In this document: piece after piece, positions 22,718 to 33,932 of the stretch
Layout: the number at the start of each line of letters is the position of its first letter
Numbering within the stretch: the first letter of the stretch is position 1
Source: Pelomyxa schiedti
Lineage: Eukaryota; Protista; Evosea
Direction: 5' to 3'
DNA: 49,706 bases
Assembly: GCA_020536535.1 (NCBI GenBank)
Contig: JAHLWZ010000912.1
Span: 1-49,706, forward strand
The notes under the pieces: model-generated
Databases searched by the model: none
Seen by the model: the letters and a program-made list of their open reading frames with translations, nothing else
What the model was told of the DNA's origin: nothing
Position numbers and translations under genes: made by a program

Positions 22718-25700
22718 TTATCTGGAGGCCAAGGCGGCGAAGAGCCACTGGAATCCTTCAATAAGGCCATCACCGGATATGGCGCAGCATCCTTGTATGT
22801 ACCACAAGGGGTGTGAATGGCCGAATATCTTGTTGAGCTCGAGGCGCTGGGCAACTTCATACACACAAAGGGCGTGTGGCAAGTCCTGCTTGTTGGCTTG
22901 CGGTGATTGGAAGTTAGTTATGGGAGGGAGGGACCGTTATTGATATATATCATTAACAATTACTGAAAATGGTGCTTAGTTGAGGGAATATTTTAGACAT
23001 ACTAAAAATGAGGATTGGGACCCCACGGAGCAGTTCCTCGTGTGCCACCTGGTTGTTGTTATGAAATTGGGATAGGAGGCTAATTTATAATTTCTTACAG
23101 TTGCAAGATGATGTCTGCATTCTTCCATTCGGTCTTGGTCCTCAGAATCAACGACCCATATATAAGCGACTGTATTCTGGTAGTCTGTGCCGTTGATTGA
23201 GTGGGGATTTTGAATGACAATACACTACTTACAGTGCTTCCACAAGGCCCTTATTTTATCCTCTGTATCGTGATTACTTCAATGTTTGATTTTGAGGTTT
23301 GTTTTATTTTACATGCCTCCTCCCACATCCTTTAGGGTTTCAGTTTTGTTTTAAATTTGATGGATCATGTACCCATATGACCATGTTCCAATTCTTGTAT
23401 TTCACATACTCAACACCTTAAACATTCAATCCAACAAAAATGAAAGAAGGTGCAAACAAAAGCCAATTTGGGGTACAACAGAGGTATCTGGCTCAAGCTT
23501 AAGCCGGTAAGTGATAGTTGTTTTCCCTAGTTGATACTGAAGACGAAGAGGAACTGTGGTTTTTTACCTGCTGCATCGAGGCCATGCATTAGGATCCGAT
23601 TTTCAGCCTGGGAGGAAAATATCTTAGGTACCCAACTCAATGTCTTTGAAAGAAGGGATCCCCACAGGCTGGCATTCTCAGGCGGCGCTACAGAAGCGAT
23701 CTTTACCTTCTTCATAATTTCCATTGCTTGGCTTTATTCAAGTTAAATCTTATTTAAGCCAATAACTAATTGACTTGGATCCGAATGAAGTCTTAGAAAG
23801 CTTCTTTGACTCTCGGAGTGCAGTACGAAATATTTGCTTCCAATCACCTAATGGTCTAAAGCCGGTGGGCACGGACTTTTCTTAGAAATGAAACATACCC
23901 AATTTGAACGGAAATCATAGCCTTCTTGATTCGTGGATCCCAGTTTTCCCTTTGATACAACGCCTGCCATATCTGGTCGTCTGATGCTACACAGAACAGA
24001 GAACGGCATGCTTGTGATACTGAGCAAAGTGCTTCATAATCAAGAAATCCGATGATGGTGCTTTTTGTGGGGAAAAACAAGTGGGTTTTAAAGCATTTCT
24101 TTCTTTAACATACAGCAAAACGTCAATGGGGAATACACTGAAATTCCCTTGTTTCTTGTGAGAAAAAAGAAATGGAAACAAAATTACCTAGCGATACCAA
24201 AGAAGTGATCCGTCTACTAGTAAAAGACGGAGTGGGCAATCCAATATCTTCCTCAACGACACATGCACTGGCAAGCCATCCACATGCGATATTCTTTATT
24301 TTTTTGCTTGACAGAAATGTTATCACAGTCGGAGTATTACGATCACATCTGTCTCCAAGACCTGAAGAAAAGTCAGTGGAAGAGGAGGGGGAAACTGATA
24401 CCAAGTTGCCCTTGGTCATTCGAGCCCCATGCAAAAAGAATGTTGGTTTCTGTTAGTGCAAGGGAATGAGCACTTCCATATGCACCGCCTGCGGCAATTT
24501 GACTTATCCGTTCTGATTTCAATGACACTACGGCCCTAGGAAGATTGCAATTGATATTATCTCCAGTGCCAAGTTGCCCCCTCCTGTGCAAGACCTAAAA
24601 AAAATTACCTAGAAGGACACTGCATACTTATTTTCCCCAAAGGTAAACAATAATCCAGTGTCTGTTGTAACAAGAGAGTGTTTGTCACCACATGCGACCC
24701 GGGTTAGCCTCGTCCCATTGAAATAAGAGACTACTTGTGGAGTTGCATGAGAGCACTGGAAAGGTCAGTTCAGAAGGATTATTACAACGCAACCTCATCA
24801 CCATGCCCTAGTAGAGTGACTACATCATTTACAAAGTCAAAATGGTACCAAGTTGGCCCTGGATTCCAGATCCCCAACTGTAAAGTTGTCCAGTATCAGA
24901 GACTGCCAGGGAGTGCTTCCCCCCTGCTGCCACAAACGTAATTCGAACCCCAGGTTCGAAGATGCAACCTGTAAATTCAAATCTGTACTATTTCAGACTT
25001 TTCCAAACCAGGGATGTAGACCTTTCTTTACAATCACCAACACCAAGTTGACCCATCTCGTTTGAGCCAATAGCATGCAGTTCTCCATTTTTAAAAACAA
25101 CCAACGTGTGCAGTGCACCAGCAGATATTTGCACTGGTTCCTTGTCTAAATAAAAAGAGATTGGAATCAGTCTCCTCGTCAAATTTTACAATACATCGTA
25201 CCAGGATAAAAACGAGTGGGCTTCAGTACGGCAACCCGTACAACGTGAGAGGGATCAGTAGCACAAGGAGCATCAAGCCTCCATCTGCATATGCACCTAC
25301 AAGATGGAGACATAGCCCAAGTGTTTAATGCCCCACAAGAGACACTATTCAAAAAGAGTAAGTACTTACAGGGGGACAAGAAAAAAAAAAAAAAACCTGG
25401 TAGTTTCAGATGCGCCAAAGACAAGCCACTCCGGACCACCAATAGCATACAATCCACCCCAAGAGAACACTTGTCCATCAATCAGAGCACTCATGTGCCT
25501 AGTAAATTTTGTTCAGGATAGAGTGGAGCCACAAAGTAGCCACAACAAGCTTCTTCCTATTCCCCAATGTATATACACACACATATCTACCCCCAAAGCA
25601 CACAGACCAGACAGGTTGCCAAGTTCACACGTACCCGCCACCACAAGATATGCACGTGATTGCATGAGAGGGTCCCGAAACATCCTCGACAAGCACAGGC

Positions 25701-25942
25701 ACGCACGAGCACGTCCCTGGTGTCGCTCTTATGCCTGTCGTGGCTGAGTCTGTTGCTGTTGCCGTTGCTGGGGTAGCTGTGGATGTGGGGAGCGAGGTCC
25801 CAAGTTGGCCGTGGGAGCCGCACCCCCACGTGAACAACGACGAAGATGTAACGCCTGTTTGTTGTGCTCCGTCCCCAATACCCGCAGCAGGGGCTACTGC
25901 TGACAGCACAGAGGTTGGCAACCCTTGTTCGACGTGGGTCAT
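22718..25942 (-). CDS. RCC1-repeat / F-box / Arf-family GTPase fusion protein
   Basis: RCC1 repeats (FTWGCGSHGQLG, ISAGALHTL, GSNEMGQLG, AWGSNDQGQLG, IACGW). F-box (FPIDVLLY|IIGFLDYEALCSVSQACRSL). Arf domain (RILMHGLDAAGKTT, WDVGGEDKIRALWKHYY, WVVDS, ANKQDLP, WYIQGCCAISGDGLIEGFQWL). Stop at 22718. Confidence 0.8.
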
Positions 25943-26070
25943 TGAAAGGCAAAACAAAAACGGCAGTACGGTCTGTCACTGTTTCCTTTTTAGTAACTTA
26001 AAGAAAAAAAGCAGCTGGTTTTTCTTTTTCTTTTATTCATTTACTCTGGAATACGGAGGAGACAAACAGT

Positions 26071-28467
26071 TTAATGGCCGTGAGTTGGTGTGGTGGTAGC
26101 GGGCTTGCTGGACTTGAGGATGATTCTGCCGTCGACGACGAAGATTCCTTGGCCTTGCTCGTAGACCATGATCGGGTTGGCGTCAACCTCGGCAACTTCG
26201 TCGCTGAGGTCGGTGACGAGCTGGGAGATGCGGGATACGGCGACAGCGAGGGCCTCGACGTCGCGGGGCTTCTCGCCACGGGCGCCAGAGAGCATTGGGT
26301 AGCACTTGATCTCGGGGAGCATGACCCTGGCCTCCTCGACGGTGAAGGGCGCAACCCTGAAGGTGACGTCCTTGAGCACTTCCACGAAGATTCCTCCCAT
26401 TCCGAACATGACTGTGGGTCCGAATGTGGAGTCGTTGACAGAGCCCACAATGACCTCCTTGCCCCAGTCGGCCATGCTGCAGACTATGATGCCGTGAATG
26501 TCGGCGGCGGCGTTGTAGGCAAGGGCGTTCTCCCTGATCTTGTTGTACCAGAGGCGGGCTGTGGCGTCGTCACGGATGTTGACCTTCACACCGCCTGCAT
26601 CAGACTTGTGGATGATCTATAGGGGATAGGTAAGACATCTCATCGTTAGAGAGGAAGGAGCGGTACCTGTGGGGAGACGATCTTCATCACAACGGGGTAG
26701 CCAATTTCGTTGGCCTTGGCAACAGCATCATCCTCGGAGGTGGCGACCAAGAACTTGGGGACTGGCAAGTTGTAGGCAACGAAGACAGACTTAGACTCTG
26801 GCTCAGTGAGTAAATCACGGCCCTGAGCACGGGCACCAGCGATGATGGCCATGGCCTTAGCCTTTGAGGTCACGGTGTCGGGGAAGGGTGTGAAGGGGAC
26901 GTAAGGTCGAGCCTGGAATTGACCGTACTTGCGAAGAGCACCGAGGGCGCACATTGTGCTCTTGGGATCGGCGTAAACGGGGATGGCCTTGTCCATGAGG
27001 TAGTAGCTGGCATCGACACTGAGTTTGCCACCAACATAGCAGCAGACCATGGGCTTCTTGATGGGAGAGTTCTTGTAAGCACGCTCGATGGCCTCAGAAA
27101 TGGCCATGGGGGTTGTAACGGCGGTCTCGCAGTAGAGAACAGCAATACCGTGTACCCATGGGTGCTGAAGAGCAATGCCAATTGAATCTTCATATCCCTT
27201 AGCACCGGAACCACCAGTAATATCGACTGGGTTCTTAGGGGAGCCGAAGCTTGGCATGCATTTGTACAACAAATCCTAGGAACGTTAGGTGGAAAATGCT
27301 AGAGTGAGGGATCGAGACCTGGAGATCTTGGGGAGCAGACTTCAGAGGAATACCACAGAACTCTGCGGAATCTGTTGACAAGACACCAATACCACCACCA
27401 TTGGTAATAACCAACACGTTGTCACCAAGCATGGGTGGCTGCATAGAAAGAGCCTGGGAGGAAACCAAGAGTTCTTCAAGGTCCATAGCTCTGATTACTT
27501 TAGCCTAAGAAGAATGAGCACCACAGGTGTCAGAAATAATAACAAACCTGGTTGAATGCGGCATCGTAAATCTTAACGGCACCTGCAAGAGAGCCAGTGT
27601 GGGAGGCTGCGGCAGCTGCACCGTGGGCGGAAACACCGCTCTTAAGACCAATAATGGGCTTGGTGCATTGTCGACCAGCATCAATGAATGCGCGGCCGTT
27701 CTTAACACCTTCAACGTAGAGGGCGATGCATTGAGTGCTCGCGTCATGAGAGAGGTAGTTAATGGTATCAGCGAAGTCCACATCCGCCATGTTACCAAGG
27801 GAAACCATGCTGCTGCAGCCGAAGTGGCGCAGGAAAGTGGTACCATCCAAGGCAATGAGTAAAGCTCCACTCTGAGAGACCAAAGCTGTGCCACCACGGT
27901 ATGGCAAGTAGGGAGCAAAGCTGGCATTTGCGTTGCAGCTGTTCAGCAGGAGACCAACAATGTTGGGTCCAACGATTCTACCGCCAGAAGCGTGAGCAAT
28001 TCGAACCATCTCTTCCTCCTCAGCGTGGTTTCCTACCTCACTGAAACCAGATGTGATGACAACGTGACCCTTCACGCGCTTAGCAGCGGCTTCGCGGCAG
28101 CAGCCAACAACGAACTTGGCGGGAACTGTGTAGACAGCAAGGTCAATTTCTTCCAAGGGCACTTCACCAATGGTTCGGTACGCCTTGATACCATTGATCT
28201 AATTCACAGTTAAAAACCACTCAAAGCGTGATCAAACAGCAGAGTTCGAGATTGCATGTGGTGTGGCGGTGGCACCGAAAAAAACGAGGAGTCGACGAGT
28301 GGTCGATAGGAAAGTGTACGTACATCGGGTGCTGTAGGATTGATCGGGAAGAGTTTTCCGGTGTACTTGCTGTCAATCAAGTTTTGGACGACCAAGTTTC
28401 CGATGCTGTTGGGCTTGGACGAGGCACCAATAATCGCGATACTTGTTGGGTTGAAGATGCGGTCCAT
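26071..28467 (-). CDS. Acetate-CoA ligase (ADP-forming acetyl-CoA synthetase), fused alpha+beta subunits
   Basis: FNPTSIAIIGAS, ITSGFSE, IVGPNIVG, LVSQSGAL, SLGNMADVD, AAASHTGSLAG (phospho-His), ITNGGGIGV, NPVDITG, ATP-grasp GYPVVMK..HKSDAGGV, FGPTVMFGMGG, EVDANP. Strong codon bias. Confidence 0.95.
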
Positions 28468-28700
28468 GTGTTATGTGGCAAAAAAAAGTTGGTGCTGCTG
28501 CCGCTTACTTGGGAGATCTTGGGTTTTTTAGGTTTTATGTTATCAAAAAAGTAAAGTTTTAAAGCCGAGGAGAAAAAATTAAGATCGTGACGAAGCAACT
28601 GCAATTGCAGATATTTAGAGTAGAAATGCTAAATCTCTAAAGCAACATAATTGAATTCGTTCATTCAAATTAATTAATGGTCGTTCTGTCAGTGTCTGGC

Positions 28701-29237
28701 TCAGTGGCAAGTGTATCCAGTTGTGGAGTTGCCCTTGATTATTATGTCTGCGCCGCAGTATTCACTTACTGGTGTTCCTATTTCATCAAGTTAGCTAACC
28801 AAGTTGGGTGTTTCCTATTTAGCATACCAGTGTCACACAGTGCCTTGTTTGTGTTTGCTTCATAAGCATATATGGTATACCAGACCCAGTCTAAAAGCGT
28901 TATTAACAGTGGGGAAAAAAGAAATTGGCTTAAATTAGGGCGGTACCACATCCCAGAAGTCCCTCCTACGGTTAGCGGTAAGTTTTCAAGTTGATGTGAG
29001 AGGATAAAATGACCATATTACGCTCCAGTGCCATGTCGTTGTAAATGATCCCAGTGATTTCCATTCTCAACAGTATGGTTTTGTCACACATGTTGTACAC
29101 CTTTTTTTTTTTCCCTTAGCAACAGCACCCTCGTGGAAGCACAAAAAGAACGCGGATCGCACGTAGAAGTTTCCACCCCATGCTTCGGTCGCGACCACCA
29201 ACAACAGCACCGCAGCCAACACCGAAACAGCTTTCAT
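28701..29237 (-). CDS. Small secreted cysteine-containing protein
   Basis: Signal peptide MKAVSVLAAVLLLVVATEA. Terminal exons WVWYTIYAYEANTNKALCDT|GTPVSEYCGADIIIKGNSTTGYTCH*. Internal exons uncertain. Confidence 0.55.
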
Positions 29238-29496
29238 TTTTTGTTTTTTTGTTTTTTTTTCGTGTTGTGATCTTTCCACAGAAATTTCGTTTCGCCGGCT
29301 GTTTCTCCTAACCTGTGCTTCACCTTTCTTGCATTTCTCCAGAAACACTCAGTGGGTGCTTTTACTTATGGTATACAACACTCCAGTGATTTGCTTGAGC
29401 CTCATGCATGTGGTCTTTACTGACAAACAACACTAGGAACAAAAGAATAGAAATAGAAAGCTAAAAAGAGCTGACAAGGCGAAAGAGGGCGAAGCG

Positions 29497-30523
29497 ATGA
29501 ACGGGGTTAGCGACGTGGACCGTAGTTTGATCTCGGCCATTGAGGGACTGGAGACTGAGATGAAAGAGGCCATCCACGACCTCTCTGTTTGTTGTTGCGT
29601 TTCCTTACTCTCCCATCATTCATTACCACATACCTCATTGATGTTGTACTTTGTTTAACAAGGGAAAAAACGCAACCCAGGTGGCATTGCGGATTCCGTG
29701 CTAATTAATGGGAGAATAAAAGTTCTTCTCGAAAGGCTCAAAGGGCTTTGCCACGTATTGCCTCTGTAAATTAGTCTCTATTTTGAGCGTTTTCAGGACC
29801 TCAAAGTGGAAGCTTTGGAACAGGATTCGTTTCAACTGGAAGAACAAATCGCACAAATGGCGAAGGCACACTCTTCGATTTACCGCACGTAAATGAAACT
29901 ACACTCTCTGTTTAAGTACCTAGCAATTTTCACATCGAGGGGATTACTGATGTGAGGCCACCAAAATAGACTAGAACGTGAATGGCGCTCGGCCAACCTT
30001 AAATGCAAATCAAATGTGGAAAGCCAGTGCCCCAAGGACAGTGCTGTACTAATGACATTCAGTAACCTTAACTCCAACAATCTGCGAGAAGTCAATAGAA
30101 TTCAAACAACCAAAGATAAAACTGATGAACTGAGGTTGCTCTTGTCAGACCACAACAGTAATCTTATCTAAAATACAGGCGCACTAAAGACATGCTTGCC
30201 ACAGAGTTAGAGCGCAGCAATGCCGCTCTGGAAGTTATAGGTATGAATCCTCCTGGACAGCCACCAAAAAAATTCATTTCCAACAAGGAAGCTCTTCAAA
30301 CGTAGTAAGAAGGGCCCTACAACAGCACTCTGTTCTGAACACAGGAATACAAGAAGCACACACACTCACGAGGCATGCGTGGTGGAAAGCCTTCAAAGAA
30401 AAACTACAGCTCCGCTTTGCACTTGCCTTCTTCATTGCTGTTGTGATATACATCTTTTTGATGAGATTTCCACTGCCATCGTTCGTGCGGTTTTCTGGCG
30501 CAGGAAATGGCACAAAATTGTAA
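29497..30523 (+). CDS. Sec20/BNIP1-like ER SNARE
   Basis: Absent from the ORF track. Spliced coiled-coil protein ...DELR|RTKDMLATELERSNAALEVI|EGSS... with C-terminal TM LRFALAFFIAVVIYIFLMRF. Confidence 0.7.
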
Positions 30524-30591
30524 ACTACATGCACCAGACAAAAGTAAAAGAAACACTTAATACATTATTGCCTATTGTTATACAACAATAA

Positions 30592-33535
30592 CTAGTTTTC
30601 CAACTGGGTGTTCCAGTTTTCGAAGTTCTGGAAGGCTTGCTCCTCGAGATGTTTGAGATCAGGAAAAACCTTTGAGATAGAGTGAATAAGTGGTATTACA
30701 ATAGCCGGTATGAAGGTGCTCTGTTAAAGTTTGTGACTATTCACTGTAACAACAAGAAATAAACCTGGATTTGTGCAGCACTGGCTTTGATCGCCTGGGA
30801 ACATATTTTGTGCGTACACTCGTCTTCTTCTTGGGCGTGGAACTCCTCCATCTGCCGAAGACTCCACATCTCACATTCGTTCCACTCTCTGAAGGAATCA
30901 GAGAGGTCGGCAGCTTTGACCAATATCTGAAGTATAAGCAATTTAATCTTTCCGTCAATTGGTCTGCTCAGCGGTTCCTCACTTTGTGTACTCCATGAAT
31001 TAAAAGTCTTTAGGAATGCAACGTGCCTGTTGTAATATTAGTTGAATGGAAATTTGACACTGCTGTTACTTTGCCATATCAGTTGCCAGCACCAAGCTTG
31101 TGCATAGCGAATGCAATTCTAACTGTTGAGATCTCGGCATAGAGCTCAGTGCCATACAGTCTGGATCGGACCACAAAAGTTCGAAGGCTCTGTGAATGTG
31201 AAACCGCTCCAATGCGGATTCCCCATGTTGAATAAAAATTTTGTGCTGAGTCGAGGCAAGGAAACTGTTATTTCTGCCTGGGTGCCCGTAGTCGTGTATC
31301 AGGGCTGTCAAGAGACATGCAAACAATTCCATTGGTGTGATGAGAGATCGAAGTGTTGCTGAAGCTTGTCTCACTTTGTCGATTAAATAAAATAAGCTGT
31401 GCGTCACAGCAGCGGCATGCATTTTATTGTGATAAGGATTCCCTGAACTGTCGGGATTCTCAAATTGGTGAAAGCAGTAGCACTTATCGAGTCGACTGAC
31501 AAACTCAAGTAGTTTGTTTAGGTCTATAGGCAGATAGTCCAAATTCCAATGCTTAATGACCGCAATAGTAAGCATGGGAAGTAAACCAATGGAGTTTTCC
31601 CCTGAACCATTGTTTTTAGACTTCGTCTGGAGGACTTATTAGATGTGTACAACAATGTAGCCATACCTCAACTTCAAGTACATTGAACCGCCAAGAAGTA
31701 ATGTCAATGTCAATGCTGGGGGAATTTGCAGTCAAAACCTGGCTCCAGTGTTCACTGGGAGTTTTCTTGTTTTTACATTCCCCTGCACTCTGCTCCTTGA
31801 GATCGATTCCAGCTAAATGAAGCAATTGAATTTGTGAGTGACTAAAGTTTTCCCAGTTCCCTGCAATTGCAGATCGGTGTTGTTTGGTTTCATTACTTTT
31901 TTTAATTGACGAAACCAGCTGTGGCGAATTAGTAAATTCCAGAAAAAGAAATGCATAGACCTCTGTAATCTTATCACCGCCAGAATTACACTGGACACAC
32001 TCTCTGGAGGAGTTAAAGACTCGCATTTCAACATGGGAGTCGTCTATCTTGTTACCAATTCGGAACAGTTTGAGTTGGAATGCCGCGTAGACTGCAACAA
32101 ACTAGTCCAAATAAGAAAAGTAAGTAAATAATAGACAAACCATTGCAGATATGACTACAACACAGCCAAGCAAAATGGAAACAAGTAAGACCATTGTCTT
32201 TGCTTTACGTTGTTCATGCAGTGCAGATTGCTGGTCAACAACTACTAGGACTATCCACTTTGCTCGCTCCACCCAATTCCATGATATCAACCGTACAGAA
32301 GTTCCATTGAAAGAAACCTTGCCTTGTCCAGAAGAAATAGCGCAATACGTCATATTTCCAGCACAGATGAGGGATGCAAGTTCAATGTAATCTGGGTTTT
32401 GAAAAAAATTCCATCTCTTCTGGTTGTAGTTCATTGTATCCTGACACTCTTTCGTATAATTGAAATTATCATATTCTGGAGCCCAGTCTTTAGCACCAAT
32501 GGAAGGAATTTCCAGCAACGTTCCATCCTGAGACGCGATCACAACATAGGCACTGAAAGGAAGAGAGGTGCTCAAATCTTCAGCATATGTAAGGAACTGT
32601 GCTGTGGAGATATCAAAGCCCGCTACACCCAAGTATGCATCGGTTTCAATGTCGTATACTGGGGCGGAAGCGGTCACCATCCACACTCCTGTCAGTCTGT
32701 CACGATAGGGATCGGTCCAGACTTGCAATCGGAAGGGATTGTGGATTGGATTCAATTGCAAAGGGCGGGTGTTATTTGGAAGGTAGAGATATGTTCTGAA
32801 TAGTGGTTGGAAGGGGTATAGGAACAGGTATGCGTTAATTTTTGAAAAGACATCCAGTACTGTGCCGTTCCATGCTTGCATGATTCCTTTGAGGATGCAG
32901 CCAAGTCCTCCCGTCCTTATAAATAGTTTTTCAATAATTGCATCATAGGTGGGTGAGGTGCTGTTGTTGTATCTGGAGAAAAATAAGAGGTAGGAAAATG
33001 GAAGGTACAGAAAGCCTACAGATTAGCTTCGTAGAGTACTGCCGATGGGCCACCAAAGTCTGTCCATGTAGCAAACACTGAAACGTTAGGGTGCGACGGA
33101 TAGGACCGCACAGATGGACCGTAACAAGACATTTCCGATGCAGTAGGTATTCTTGGCGTTGCCATTGCGGACGCAAAGGCTATCTCGAAAGAGTCCAGTG
33201 CCACTCCAATTCCATAAAGTTGAGCGTCAAGATGAGCACTGGCATCAATCGTAATACGGACAATAGCATCAGAAGATGCCTTCACAAGAGTGTTGTACCT
33301 TTTTTTGGAAAAAAAAAAAGACACAGTCAGCAAGAGGGCCAAAAAGGTGATGTTATGGGAGAAGAAGAACTTGCATGCTTTGGCTGGTTGTAACAACAAT
33401 GGAAATGAGCGCAACGATAATAACGGTCGAGACGGCACACATGAGCCCAATCACAAAGTCCACCATGCAAGCACGTGTGCGTTCCGACCTGAACAGTGCA
33501 TCAACATCGCTGGTCTCGTCATCCTTGTGTGGCAT
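30592..33535 (-). CDS. Transmembrane Cache-domain class I 3',5'-cyclic nucleotide phosphodiesterase
   Basis: TM1 (FVIGLMCAVSTVIIVALISIVV), extracellular Cache-like region (VWTDPYRD..GVWMVTASAPVYD...YLGVAGFDI), TM2 (VLLVSILLGCVVVISAMVCLLF). PDE core: SWRFNVLE, NPYHNKMHA, IHDYGHPGRNN, VLATDMAKH, LVKAADLS. Confidence 0.85.
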
Positions 33536-33932
33536 AGTTCTTCTTGTGAGATCTCCGCCTCTTTCTTCGTTTGTTGTGACTGACGGCAGCCAGCCGCGGC
33601 GAAACTTTCCTGCTTTTTTATTTGTGTATGTCACGCACTTCAATTCCTAGTGTTTGACTACGCCTAAATACGCATCGGCTTGTTGATGCCCTTCTTTATT
33701 TGTGCATGTCACTTTTATCTACCGAACTTGACTTCTTCTGTGGTTGAACAGCCCCGGCCGATCTTGAACAGAAAAGAGAAGGTTTGGCGTACTAGGGGCG
33801 AGATCCCTCAATACCCAGAATACGCTATTCTATTCTCCCCAATCACCATCACAGCACGCCTCAGTGTTTTAAATCTCCAGTATACCGAAGAACCGGTGCC
33901 GGTACCGAGAGGACCCAGATTTAGCCCTTTGA

